From: Trichoplax adhaerens
Taxonomy: Eukaryota; Animalia; Placozoa
Length of the DNA: 64,000 bases
Assembly: GCF_000150275.1 (NCBI RefSeq)
Contig: NW_002060954.1
Coordinates: 620,001 to 684,000 of the forward strand
Direction of reading: 5' to 3'
This document shows positions 41,989 through 53,300 of the stretch, piece after piece. Under the pieces are notes generated by a model that was not told where the DNA came from, did not search any database, and worked only from the letters and a program-made list of their open reading frames with translations. Each line of letters starts with the position of its first letter. Position 1 is the first letter of the stretch. The translations under genes were made by a program, and so were the position numbers.

Positions 41989-44900
41989 AGAACTAGCGTA
42001 GATGTGATGATGGTGATACCCCTAGTAGAATAGAGTACAGTGCTGTGGCATCGGAAATATTCTAGCAGTCACTGTGAAACTGCTTCATACAAAATAACTT
42101 GAATGCCATTTTTCATTAGTCATTTTAAACAATTTCAACTACTTTTGTATGCAGCAGTTTTACAATACCGGAATATTTTCAGCACCACTATATTTAATTT
42201 CCTGTTAACACAAATATTAAACCGCTATTAAGGCTGACTTGTATACTGGTTGAGCTGACCGTACGTGTTCCAGTGATTATTGGTTTGTATTCGAAATTTT
42301 AAGGAAATAAAATAAGTCAATACTGCAGTATAAAATAATAAAAACATCCAAAATCAATTACTTAAGGTTTTGATGATCTATTTATGTGAAATTTGAGCCA
42401 ACTTCAATGTAAATCCCTTGAAAATTTAAAAGATCTAATTAAAGGCTGCACCATAGCGGAATTGCCCTCTATCAGCATTGAATTAAAATTGTTACTGTAC
42501 CTGTACATATGTATATTAAAGACTCTACTTTTATAGAGGGTCCGTAGTTTACTGTATAGTATTTGGTAACTGCAGACTAGCAATATCATGCAGTATCTTT
42601 AGTTCTACAGTATGATGTACGACAGAGACCTGCATTTGTTGAAGTCGATTTGCATAGTTGTACAATTCACACTTATACACTAATACACGTACAGTATAGA
42701 CGATTTGTGATGTGTTCTACACCGTGGACTACTAAAATTTACATTTTATTTTTCGCGTTTTTCTACTAAAACATGTGTACGCGTATGTTCTACTCTGTTA
42801 ACATTTGTTACAGTCACTTTTATGACATGAGAATAAAGTACTACCAGGGTAGCGATATAGCATTAAAGTCTTAATTCAAATATATAGTATTATGGAAGCT
42901 ACAAAAATATTGTAACGTACAGTACTATCATCAAGTGATAAATAAATTTAACAAAAACTCGTGTATCGATTTTCGAGGCATTGTAACATACATGAGTAAC
43001 ATGGCTAATCTTGGACAAATTGAATAAAATATTGCCATTTTAAGTTAGTATAATTTTATTAGATGTTTGTCATTAATAAGGTAAGGAAGGAATAATTTGC
43101 GGTATAGCGTAACAAATCATCACATCTAGATACCATTTTACGAAGTGTTGCACCATGATAAAATACACAATTTTTGATTGATCATACAAGACGTGTAATC
43201 TATAATAGCTCAATTACATTGTTATTGATACCCTTCACGACATAGAATAGTGTTACAATAATACTAGAATATTATTGTTAGTAATGTTGTGTGCTAGTGC
43301 AACTTTATCATTATATCCACGCACAAACTATCATATCATTTAATTAATTAGTTGACTAAATATCATTTTCTTTTATGAGCCTACTTAATGCTAATAAAGT
43401 CTAAGCTTAGACCAGAATTATTGAATTTAAACTAGTATGTTGTTCATTGTTGTCTACCTCAGCGATCAAGGATAGAGATTCGAGATAGGATTATGAAGGA
43501 AATCGGGCTACCATCAGATTAGATAACGTGTTATCAACGTTAAGACAATCCTGCAATTTGAAATACAACAGAATATTCACTTAGAACCAAAGCTATTTAA
43601 TATATGCCATAATTGGCGACTTAACACTGTAAAAAGACTATTCGTAATAAGGAATGTCTACAGTTAATCCATAATAGGCTAGATGAAGTGTCCTGTACTG
43701 TAGCTTTCTTAATGTACTAATAATGTACCGTGTACAAACGAAAATGTGAGTCAACTAAAATAGAGATTATGGCAGTATGTTATTATCACTACTGACAAAA
43801 AACTAAATGTATATTAATTGTAAACTTGATATATAATTTATACCTATACATAGCAAAAATTTTACCTTTGTTGGAACTAAAGATGGGAAATTTTTCCAAA
43901 GATGGCGACGGAACTTCTGTACTCAGGATGATTATAATTTTTATCAGTAAGCATTAGAAGGCATGAATCAAAATAAGTAACTTAATAATTTTGTTGACCT
44001 GTAAGCTTAATTTTCTAGCTATTAAATTGCGTTTTAAATAGACTTCGAACTAATCTACAATTATATATCTGCTACATTGAATCAGACCGTACAAGTAATC
44101 TTTCTCATTTAATTTTAGCTATTTATTAATCCTAGCTACTTAACCTCGATTTCAGCTGCCTTAATTAATCTCGCCTTTCATTTCTCTTCGCTAATTTTAT
44201 TATTATGTTAATAAAATTGGACAAATTAGAATTATTATTTAAAAGCTGTAGTTAGAAATATGTAAGTGATTAGTAATTTTCTAAGCTAAATGCTTTCTCG
44301 TTGCTAATAATGAAATGCTTTAAACGAGTTACATATGTATTAATTTCAATTTATCATGTGATTTAGTGTAATTGCTTAAAAAAGTAAGGAATAATATATG
44401 GCTGGAGTGTTTAACTATTTACATTTAATTTTAACCCAGTCAATTTTATAATTTTAAATATCTCACGTTCTATCTAATTAATCTTATTTTTCTAATTAAT
44501 TTATATCTAAGTGGATATGCATTAGTCGTTCATAGCTTAAAATTCACTACTAATAATGAGACTAGCAAAATTTATTATAATTTTATACTGCAAAGAGAAA
44601 TCAAAAATTAAAGAAAACCTATAGCTCAGAAAATATGAGAACTGTTGGCAGGAACTGACTTTTAGGTTACGATTTTTTCTAGCTAAATTATGAATTTTAT
44701 TGGACCAATATTTTTATTGCTAAATACGTGTTTGCTCGCAAGCATTTGAAATCCGTGATAATGAATTAATATTTCGAATTAATAACAGTAACGAAAGGTA
44801 CAAATATAGAATAAGGCCAATTGGACATTGGCTATCATATGCTCTTATACACTTAATATGAAATGGCCTTAAACAGTGTATCATGTTCTAGTGAATATAA

Positions 44901-46184
44901 TACCTCATATGTAATCAGAGCATTTAATGTACATTTACAATTTATAAGCACATATTAAAATTATATACTACAGTGGCATTAACGCGAATGCACACGTACA
45001 TAAATACTAATACTATTAACTCATCCATGTAATTATTAGAAGTATGGTAGGCCCAATGCAAAAACACAGTTGTATTATGATAGACGGAGTTTTTAACTAT
45101 TATAAAATATATAAGAATTTCTATAAAATGATTTCAACATAGTTTTCATGGGGATAATTTTTATACCTAATGATTCAATCGATATGCAAATAATCTACCT
45201 TACTATTTTATTGCTTTATGAATTGATGTCAAATGATTAATTATATAAGATTAACGTTATTTTACAACATATATTTACATCGTAGCATACGCATACCTTG
45301 TCTTCTTGTTTTTAGTAAAGCATCTAGTTCTAAAATAAGAGAGTAAATTTTCACAAGTGAGATTATATAAAGCGATTAGTTTTTTAAATATGCTAGCATA
45401 TATCCAGTAAGACTTTGCAATTTTATCTATCTTTAGAAGTCGAAGATATCAACCGCTAAAGGCTAACTGCTGTACTAATGAAATGTTGTTAAGCAATGAA
45501 GGTAATATTATCTCAACGTATTTACTTGAAATCGGCATTTAATATTGCTGAAGAATGTACCTGGTAGACTATGCTGGTACTGACTATTTTTAAGTTGATT
45601 AAAGTACGGCGTTAATGTCTTCATAACTTTAATAATACGTATTCTGGATTAATTAATATTAATTGTCACTGTAAATAATGCATTCACGAATATCAGAATT
45701 TTTATCATAAAATATTCAGTAAAATCAACAAGCAATCATAATGTTACAAATAATCAAAACTTGAATTCTTGTAGTAAAGTTCAGCTTGTGCTATCATATA
45801 TATCACCGATGTCTATATATCATACAGTAGAAAAACTAATGTTAAAGCGATTTATTCTCAATAGATCCAATATCAGCAAGTCACAAATTAAATTATTAAA
45901 TATCTATATTAATTTACGGTATGGCAAAAGTAAACTGGATTACTTGTTTGTTATTGAAGGAGCTGCGTTTAATGTGTAAGAGTGACAATGCAATACGTGT
46001 ATTCGTAAAATCTAGTTATAATCAGCTAAATAAGTAATTAACTAGTTAGTAACATTTTAAGTATATCCAAAGCTTGATAATGTTTCTGATCAACGTAACT
46101 ATACGTTTGTGACACGGTATTACATTAGAATCTCTATAGATTACTGTGATTTTGTTGCAAATGCCTATATTTGTCATAGCATAG

Positions 46185-49100
46185 CTAAACTATTTCAACG
46201 TATACCTACTGTTAAGACATAGAATTATCGATTTATTAACTGTGTAATGAGGAAATAAGTGTATAATTATGAAATTTGAACGGACCTTCATCATGTTTCT
46301 TATTCCAAATGTAAGGATGGCTATCTGCTTAAATGGAATGTTTACTAGTTATTCAATCTAGTTAATAATATACTATACTCATATCGCGATAGGTATACCA
46401 CAATTATAAATGATTTTTTGATTAATTCTGTCTGTATTTGCTACAAATAGAAATGAAAGATTCTCTACTTCGATAAAGTACTGTATGTATCATTTATTCT
46501 ATCTACTTGAAGCATTATGTTGAAATTAGTATATAATCACAAATTCCAACAGACTTTGTCTACGCTTATTCCAGAGTAAAAATTTAAGAGGGAGTGATGC
46601 AGCTATTTCGACGAAATATACACTAATTATTTAATCTAACCATAATATAATCTTTAAACAAATATATTGTAAGGGAATCTTAACGGACCTTCTTGACGCT
46701 TATTCCAAGGTACATCGACCAAAACACCTATTTTGATTGAATATACGATAATTTTTCGATCTAATTAAATTACTATACGTTTTATGCTTATATATATAGA
46801 GATATATATAATTAGAAATCCTAACGGACCTTGTCGACGTTTATTCCAAGGTATATCGAGCAAAGCACCTGTTTTGATTAAATATTCGACAGTATTTCGA
46901 TCTAATTACATTACTGTGTTATTTTTATATATACGTATGCATAATAAGAAATCCTAACGGACCTTGTTGACGTTTATTCCAAGGTATATCGAGCAAAGCA
47001 CCTGTTTTGATTGAATATTCGACAGTATTTCGATCTAATTACATTACCGTGTTATTTTTATATATACATATGCATAATAAGAAATCCTAACGGACCTTGC
47101 TCACGTTTATTCCAAGGTATATCGATCAAAGCACCTAGTTTAATTGAATTTACGATAGTATTTCGATCTAATTACATTACTATACAGTATTATGTTTATA
47201 TATATGCATAATAAGAAATCCTAACGGACCTTGCTCACGCTTATTCCAAGGTATATCGACCAAACCACCTATTTTGATTGAATACACGATAGTATTTCGA
47301 TCTAATTACATTACTATACAGTATTATGTTTATATATATGCATAATAAGAAATTCTAACGGACCTTGTTTACGCTTATTCCAAGGTACATCGACCAAAAC
47401 ACCTATTTTGATTGAATATACGATAGTATTTTGAACTAATTACATTGCTATCTTATATCGTCATATTTATATAAAGTAAGTACTAACGGACCTTGTTTAC
47501 GTTTATTCCAAGGTACATCGACTAAAACACCTATTTTGATTGAATATACGATAGTGTTTCGATCTAATTACATTACTATGTTATGTTTATATAATTCGAC
47601 GAAGGATACGCTAGTTATTTAATCTATGTATCACATAATGTTTATAATGAACATTTAATAAGGGAATTCTAAATGGACCTTGATTGCGCTTATTCCAAGG
47701 TAAATCGATAGGACTGGTACTCTCTGCTTCGATGAAATAACAATAGTTTTCGACGTAATTAATAACTATATTATGCTAAAATAGGTATAGCGATGAGATT
47801 CTAACGGACCTTCTAAACGCTTCTTATTTTCAACGAAATGGAAAGATTTCTTAGCTATATTGACGAATACGTTTTACGTACAATTAAACACTTCGTCATG
47901 AATTACATTACTATGTTATGTTTATATAATTCGATGAAGGACACGCTAGTTATTTAATCTATGTATCACATAATGTTTATAATGAACATTTAATAAGGGA
48001 ATTCTAAATGGACCTTGATTGCGCTTATTCCAAGGTAAATCGATAGGACTGGTACTCTCTGCTTCGATGAAATAACAATAGTTTTCGACGTAATTAATAA
48101 CTATATTATGCTAAAATAGGTATAGCGATGAGATTCTAACGGACCTTCTAAACGCTTCTTGTTTTCAACGAAATGGAAAGATTTCTTAGCTATATTGACG
48201 AATACGTTTTATGTACAATTAAATACCTCGTCATTAATAAGGATCGCTACCATTAACTCAGGTATTATTTTAATTATATGAGAATTGGTTGAGATTAGAT
48301 CCTGAATATAGAATAAATTTGCATCGTGATTACATATCGTGTAGTCAGCTTACGGACACAGAACTATGTTATTGTCGTTTTTGTAATCTGACTCTTATAT
48401 CTTTTATTATAGGTATACGTTGTGAGGGAATTTATCTAATTAGTGACAATCATCATTCATACTAATAACTCTTCCTCCAATCTTTTACTGAAATCTTAAC
48501 AAACGATTTCTGTAATCTAATAACATTTTCATAAATATTTCCTCGTGTCAAAGATAAAGTTATCGCGAACTAGCAAACTGCATATTTGAATGTTACTTGA
48601 AAGATAGATTAACTTTTAGATAGTAAGGAGATTTATTCTTCAATGCGATTTAGCCATTGATAGTAACATAAAATGATACGCAGGTCTAGAAACAATAAAT
48701 TTGTTAAAGAGGTTTATCATTTTCCTTTAACAGACAGTCTAATCAACGATTGGTAATTGATTTTGAGTAGAGCATGTTAAATGAATAAAATAAAAACGAA
48801 ATAGGAAACTGTAAAATAAAAACCTACAGCAATAGTTTCTTGGTGTATTGCTACTTATGTTTATCCGTATATTTATTCTTAAATAGTCATTGATTAGTTA
48901 TTTATTAATTGTAATATGAGATATTTCAAAAGGTTTATTTGACTATATTTATATCATTTTCTGTTTAATCGTAATAGTCATTCGTATATACTTTTATAAT
49001 GTACTTACCGCGTGCTACGTTGTCGCTCAAATCACGAAGGAATCCTGTTATTTAATAAAAAATTAGATTATCGAATGCATTGCACTTGAAAAGATTCAAG

Positions 49101-49435
49101 TACATTAATACGTTGTAAGATAAGAATGGCGCTGAATTAGTGTACAGATTTTTAGATGTTACTCACCGACTTTGGCTTTGAGACTTTCTACGACGTCTCG
49201 TTGCTCTGTTACCATAACAAGAAAGAACCAATAGAGAAGTTAATATTGTTGTTAAGTAATTTTATACTATTGTTGGTAGCTGACTATCGCAGTTACAGGT
49301 TATTCTTTGAACTCATAAAAAGTGCAGAAGGAAAATTGAAGCTACTTGTTCACTTTAATTACCTTCGATATGTCTGCAATCAACAAGGACACAGATCAAA
49401 GAGATAGCAATTAGAATGTTCAAGAATTTTGCCAT
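46185..49435 (-). CDS. PWN neuropeptide precursor (prohormone), ~250 aa, encoded by ~17 phase-1 micro-exons
   Basis: Signal exon 49435-49363 (MAKFLNILIAISLICVLVDC/RHIE). Then 49205-49167 EQRDVVESLKAKV; 49044-49009 GFLRDLSDNVAR; 48189-48145 and 47854-47810 AKKSFHFVENKKRLE; 48058-48014 and 47723-47679 ESTSPIDLPWNKRNQ; 47530-47492 and 47402-47364 GVLVDVPWNKRKQ; 47268-47230 GGLVDIPWNKREQ; 47134-47096 GALIDIPWNKREQ; 47001-46963 GALLDIPWNKRQQ; 46868-46830 GALLDIPWNKRRQ; 46727-46689 GVLVDVPWNKRQE; 46602-46555 AASLPLKFLLWNKRRQ; 46464-46399; 46324-46286 DSHPYIWNKKHDE; probable last exon 46189-46185 (V*). Every internal exon is AG/GT-bounded, a multiple of 3 and phase 1-1. EQGALLDIPWN matches the Trichoplax PWN peptide as recalled. 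Extra exons between 48190 and 49008 and the 3' end are uncertain. Confidence 0.88.
46270..48235. repeat. ~133-bp tandem array (exon+intron units of the PWN gene) including a near-identical 335-bp two-exon duplication
   Basis: The TAACGGACC anchor recurs at 46681, 46822, 46955, 47088, 47222, 47356, 47484, 47802 and 48137, with variants near 46279, 46547, 47670 and 48005. The block starting ~47566 is repeated at ~47901. Confidence 0.95.
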
Positions 49436-49555
49436 TTTCGTTTTATAGCTATGTAGATTGAAAGAGAAATATTTATCAATTAATTCTTTGGCTAATTAAT
49501 ATCTCAAAATAATTCTGAAATATAAGTTAGAAGGACACAATTACTTATAACGCAC

Positions 49556-49577
49556 ATATATATATATATATATATAT
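49556..49577. repeat. (TA)n microsatellite just upstream of the PWN signal exon
   Basis: Directly visible, ~11 units. Confidence 0.9.
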
Positions 49578-50375
49578 GATTGACCATATTATATGGTGTG
49601 TATTCAAATCGAAGCAGTAATTGTTGGTCTGATAAAAATAACGACATATCCTGGGCGTAAAAGGATTTTAATTAATATAAAGTATGTGAAAAACTATACT
49701 GGGTTATACTAAGATGCTGCAGATACCGGAATAAGAAAATTAGGGTATAAATAGAGACAAAAAATTAACAATTAGATGAATTATTGAATACAATTTAATA
49801 GACTGCTTCATTCTAATGTCATACTATGGATAAATGGGTGTATAACTAATACATAAAGTTTTTGATCTATTCTGGATTCAGCATGATTTATTTGGATGGT
49901 CTCGCTTTCATTCAAATGATAAGGTCTTATATATATAACATATACAAGATTTAACTTATAAAATGACTACTTAGGGCATATTGTAATTAGTAAGGAACTG
50001 AACCAATTATTAGACGATAATTTTTTAGAAGAATTTTATAACATCTATTGTGAAGAGTGTATTCCCTTTGATTTCAAGCCAAAGATTTTCAACATTAAAA
50101 ATTGATGCGAAGATAATTATAATAAGCATAGTCAATTTCACAAAATATAAACACATGAATTTAGATTGTTAATATGATTATTTGAATTCTATTGTAAGGC
50201 TTACATGAAAATAAATAGTGAATTGAGGTACGGTAAAAATTTAATTTAATATCCATAGTATTGTTCTACTTATCCTTTTTTTATATTAAACTTAACGACT
50301 AATTATAATTATCAAGCAATAGCGGTATCAGTACGTTTCAAAATAAGAATTATCAAAATGAGAACTATCATCTGT

Positions 50376-50388
50376 TTGCCTTTGACCT
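50376..50388 (-). promoter_or_regulatory. Nuclear-receptor DR1-like element ~950 bp upstream of the PWN start codon
   Basis: The minus strand reads AGGTCA-A-AGGCAA, an HNF4/RXR/COUP-TF-type DR1. Confidence 0.3.
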
Positions 50389-53300
50389 TTAAGGTCGTCA
50401 CAACAGCTATATCAGCTATGCATCATATACGTTAGGTATACTTACATAAGATATAGAGTAAAATCAATTCAACACGTATGTATGGTCTGTTTTGTTTGCA
50501 ATGATCGTGTTACAGTTCGTAATATAAATTTTGAGTTAAATTAAATACTGTTCTATACTGCAGTAAAATTAAGTTAATTATTACTGAATTAACCTTAAAT
50601 ATGCGATTTGATCATATTGATACGTCGCATCGATACTTAAGAACTATATTGATTTCTGGCTTTTGGAAGTTCATAGTGTTTTCTTAAATAGATATATGCA
50701 ATCATCGTATGCGTATTTCAAATTAATTGTAGTTACCGTGTGTTCTTGTGAAGAAATTCTCGTTACGTATTAAACTTCCTACAGATTCTATTCCGAAGCC
50801 TAGCAAGTATGATGCACTTGACCTTTATCCTTCAATACTCTGTACTTAATTATATCTCTAGTACTTTCCTAACTATCTGCTAATAAAAAGCATTCAATGG
50901 CTCAATAGGACTAATGAACCTTCATTTTATTGTATGACAATTAAATCCTTGTACATAGTGTATTTTTTAAATATTTCAATAGTAAAGTAGCATTTTAAGG
51001 AAAAGATAAAACAATTAAGCTATAATTTTTAGCCAAGCTAAAGTCGAATGTTTCATTGTTTCGTTTCTTAGAACTATCTAAGAACATTTCATACTACTTC
51101 GCTGATGTCACTAGTTATGAAAGCACTATCATGATTATAGCGTTGTTGTTAGCATCTGTTAGCCTATCGTTTGCCGAAGTTATGCAGTTCTGTAAGATTT
51201 AAGAATAGCAGTTTAAAGATTATTTTTTAAGGTGCAAGTACCCTAACAAGATGTTGAAATGAATCAAACTTATGGATACTTCGCTACACAAAATGCTTCG
51301 TTTCTTATTGCATGCTATTCTCTTCCATACTATAGGTATACGAGTGCATGACTGCAAGTACCGTAATTGCGTCTTTACCAACGTTATTTTAAAAATTGTA
51401 ACCAACTGATTAAATTCATATGTACTGATTCATGAAATAATTATAATATATCGCTATCGAATTAGGCACAAGAATCAAATAAAATTTTAAATATACACGT
51501 TATGATTTGACTCATAAATAATTGCATGTAGCAGTCAATTTGTTAGGATCTGTCAAAAAAATGACACATATTGAAATATTTGCTTCAATTCGCTTTCAGG
51601 ATGAAAGGATTCACACTTGCATCAAGCTAAATCATTATATACGAATGATTAAAAATATCTATCGGGCTTTTATTTAATCAAAACCATTCTAGCAACCATT
51701 TAACATAGTTAAATAATAAATTAATTTCTTAAGCAGCTATCGATTGTACTTTATAGTTGAAGCTTAACGACTAGATATTTTATTTCATTTATGATCAAAA
51801 TGAGATGATCGAAATAGAAAATATTGATGTGATGATAAGAAATAGAAAAGAAAGATAGTGCGCGTAGTACGGGTTTATTTCGGTGTTAAAAAACATGATT
51901 TAAGAGAAAGGCTTAATAAATAGAATTCTTACTTACAGTGATGTGATTTTCTATTAAAATTATTCCAGATGTGATAGTGGGAAAGTCGAGTCCAGAATTG
52001 AATAAACTTGCTGGAGAATCTACTTATATAGATAAATAAGATTAAGTTAATTAACATATTATGAAACCATAATGTCAACGCGTCATTAATCGGCCAACTG
52101 AATAGATACTGATGTTGCTTATGCTTGATAATCAGATCTTTTAATGAGACCTTATGGTAAAATATTAATTGGATCTGAAAGGTAATGATGACAGACAGTT
52201 TTTATTTCCGTTTCATTGATATCTATTGAGACAATAACTGCTTGGACTACATCTACATTGGTAATCAATTGAATTCAATGCTTTAGTCAATTAGTTTTAC
52301 TAATTATATTTTTCTTTACTATTTTTATATTTGAGTGACGTTCAAAATTTGAGAAAGAATAGTCTGAGTTACCTATATTTTTGGTTCTGTGGCAATAAAC
52401 GATCAAGACGAAATATCAATAAGTTATAATAATCATAAAGAATAGAAAAGGCTTCTAAATAATTGTTGGTATTGATAACAAGGATGTTCTTTGCTATCAT
52501 AATGATGAACAAGGTCATATTTAAGTGCCGTTAATGCTATTATTGCTAATTTTAACCACCTCACTATCGTTATAGGATCAAAGATTAGAATGAATATGAG
52601 TAGAAAACTATTAATAATACGAATAAACGACATCAAAGTGCAATTGATGAATAGCTAGAAATTAATATCAATATTGAACCTGTTTTGATCATCTCAACAT
52701 CCTGTTTTCCGCTCTCAACTATCACCATTCACAACTTATAACTATTATGATAAAATATTTACTTGTAGAATTGTAAACTTGGCTTACAGTTTTTCCTACA
52801 CAATTTCATTTTAATGCAGTTACCGTACCGTGTATTTAATTGCCTTCAGATCTTGTATCCTTTTTATTATTTGATTGTTTATATGTTTATTTTGACAGTG
52901 CAGCCAGATATAGCCTATGAAAAACGATGTTCAATCTTATTATCTTACAAAATTGTAAAAGCTATCCACCAAATTAATCATTAATATCAACTATACCCGT
53001 TCTTTCTGGGAAAGATTATTCATTGCTATGTAAAAAGTGAAATTAAAAGATGACTTGAATGATTCATACTAAAATTATAATTAATATTTAAACTTAATGA
53101 ATAATCTGATGTGCAAAAGAACGTAAATTAAGTTTCTCTATTCATTCCTTTATCATTTTTGCCTTATCAATCGATTATAATTAATGGGTTCCTTATATAA
53201 GGGATATGCCCTAATTTCAGCAGCATATGAAAGCAGCTGTATTTTTTATAATTTCTTAACATATAATTAACATAGTGTTCCGTAATCTCATTGACTTGAT

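Noticed and set aside
46681-47520. Plus-strand coding of the repeat (EILTDLVDVYSK, ORF 47011-47211) and Myb/ERR/T-box sites in each unit
   Set aside because: Plus-strand exons would be 35 nt and frame-shifting. The conserved motifs are explained by the minus-strand codons and splice sites.
46270-48235. CRISPR-like array (repeat with ACCTTG...CAAGGT inverted motif)
   Set aside because: The 'spacers' are homologous to each other, there are no cas genes and the context is eukaryotic. The units are exon+intron cassettes.
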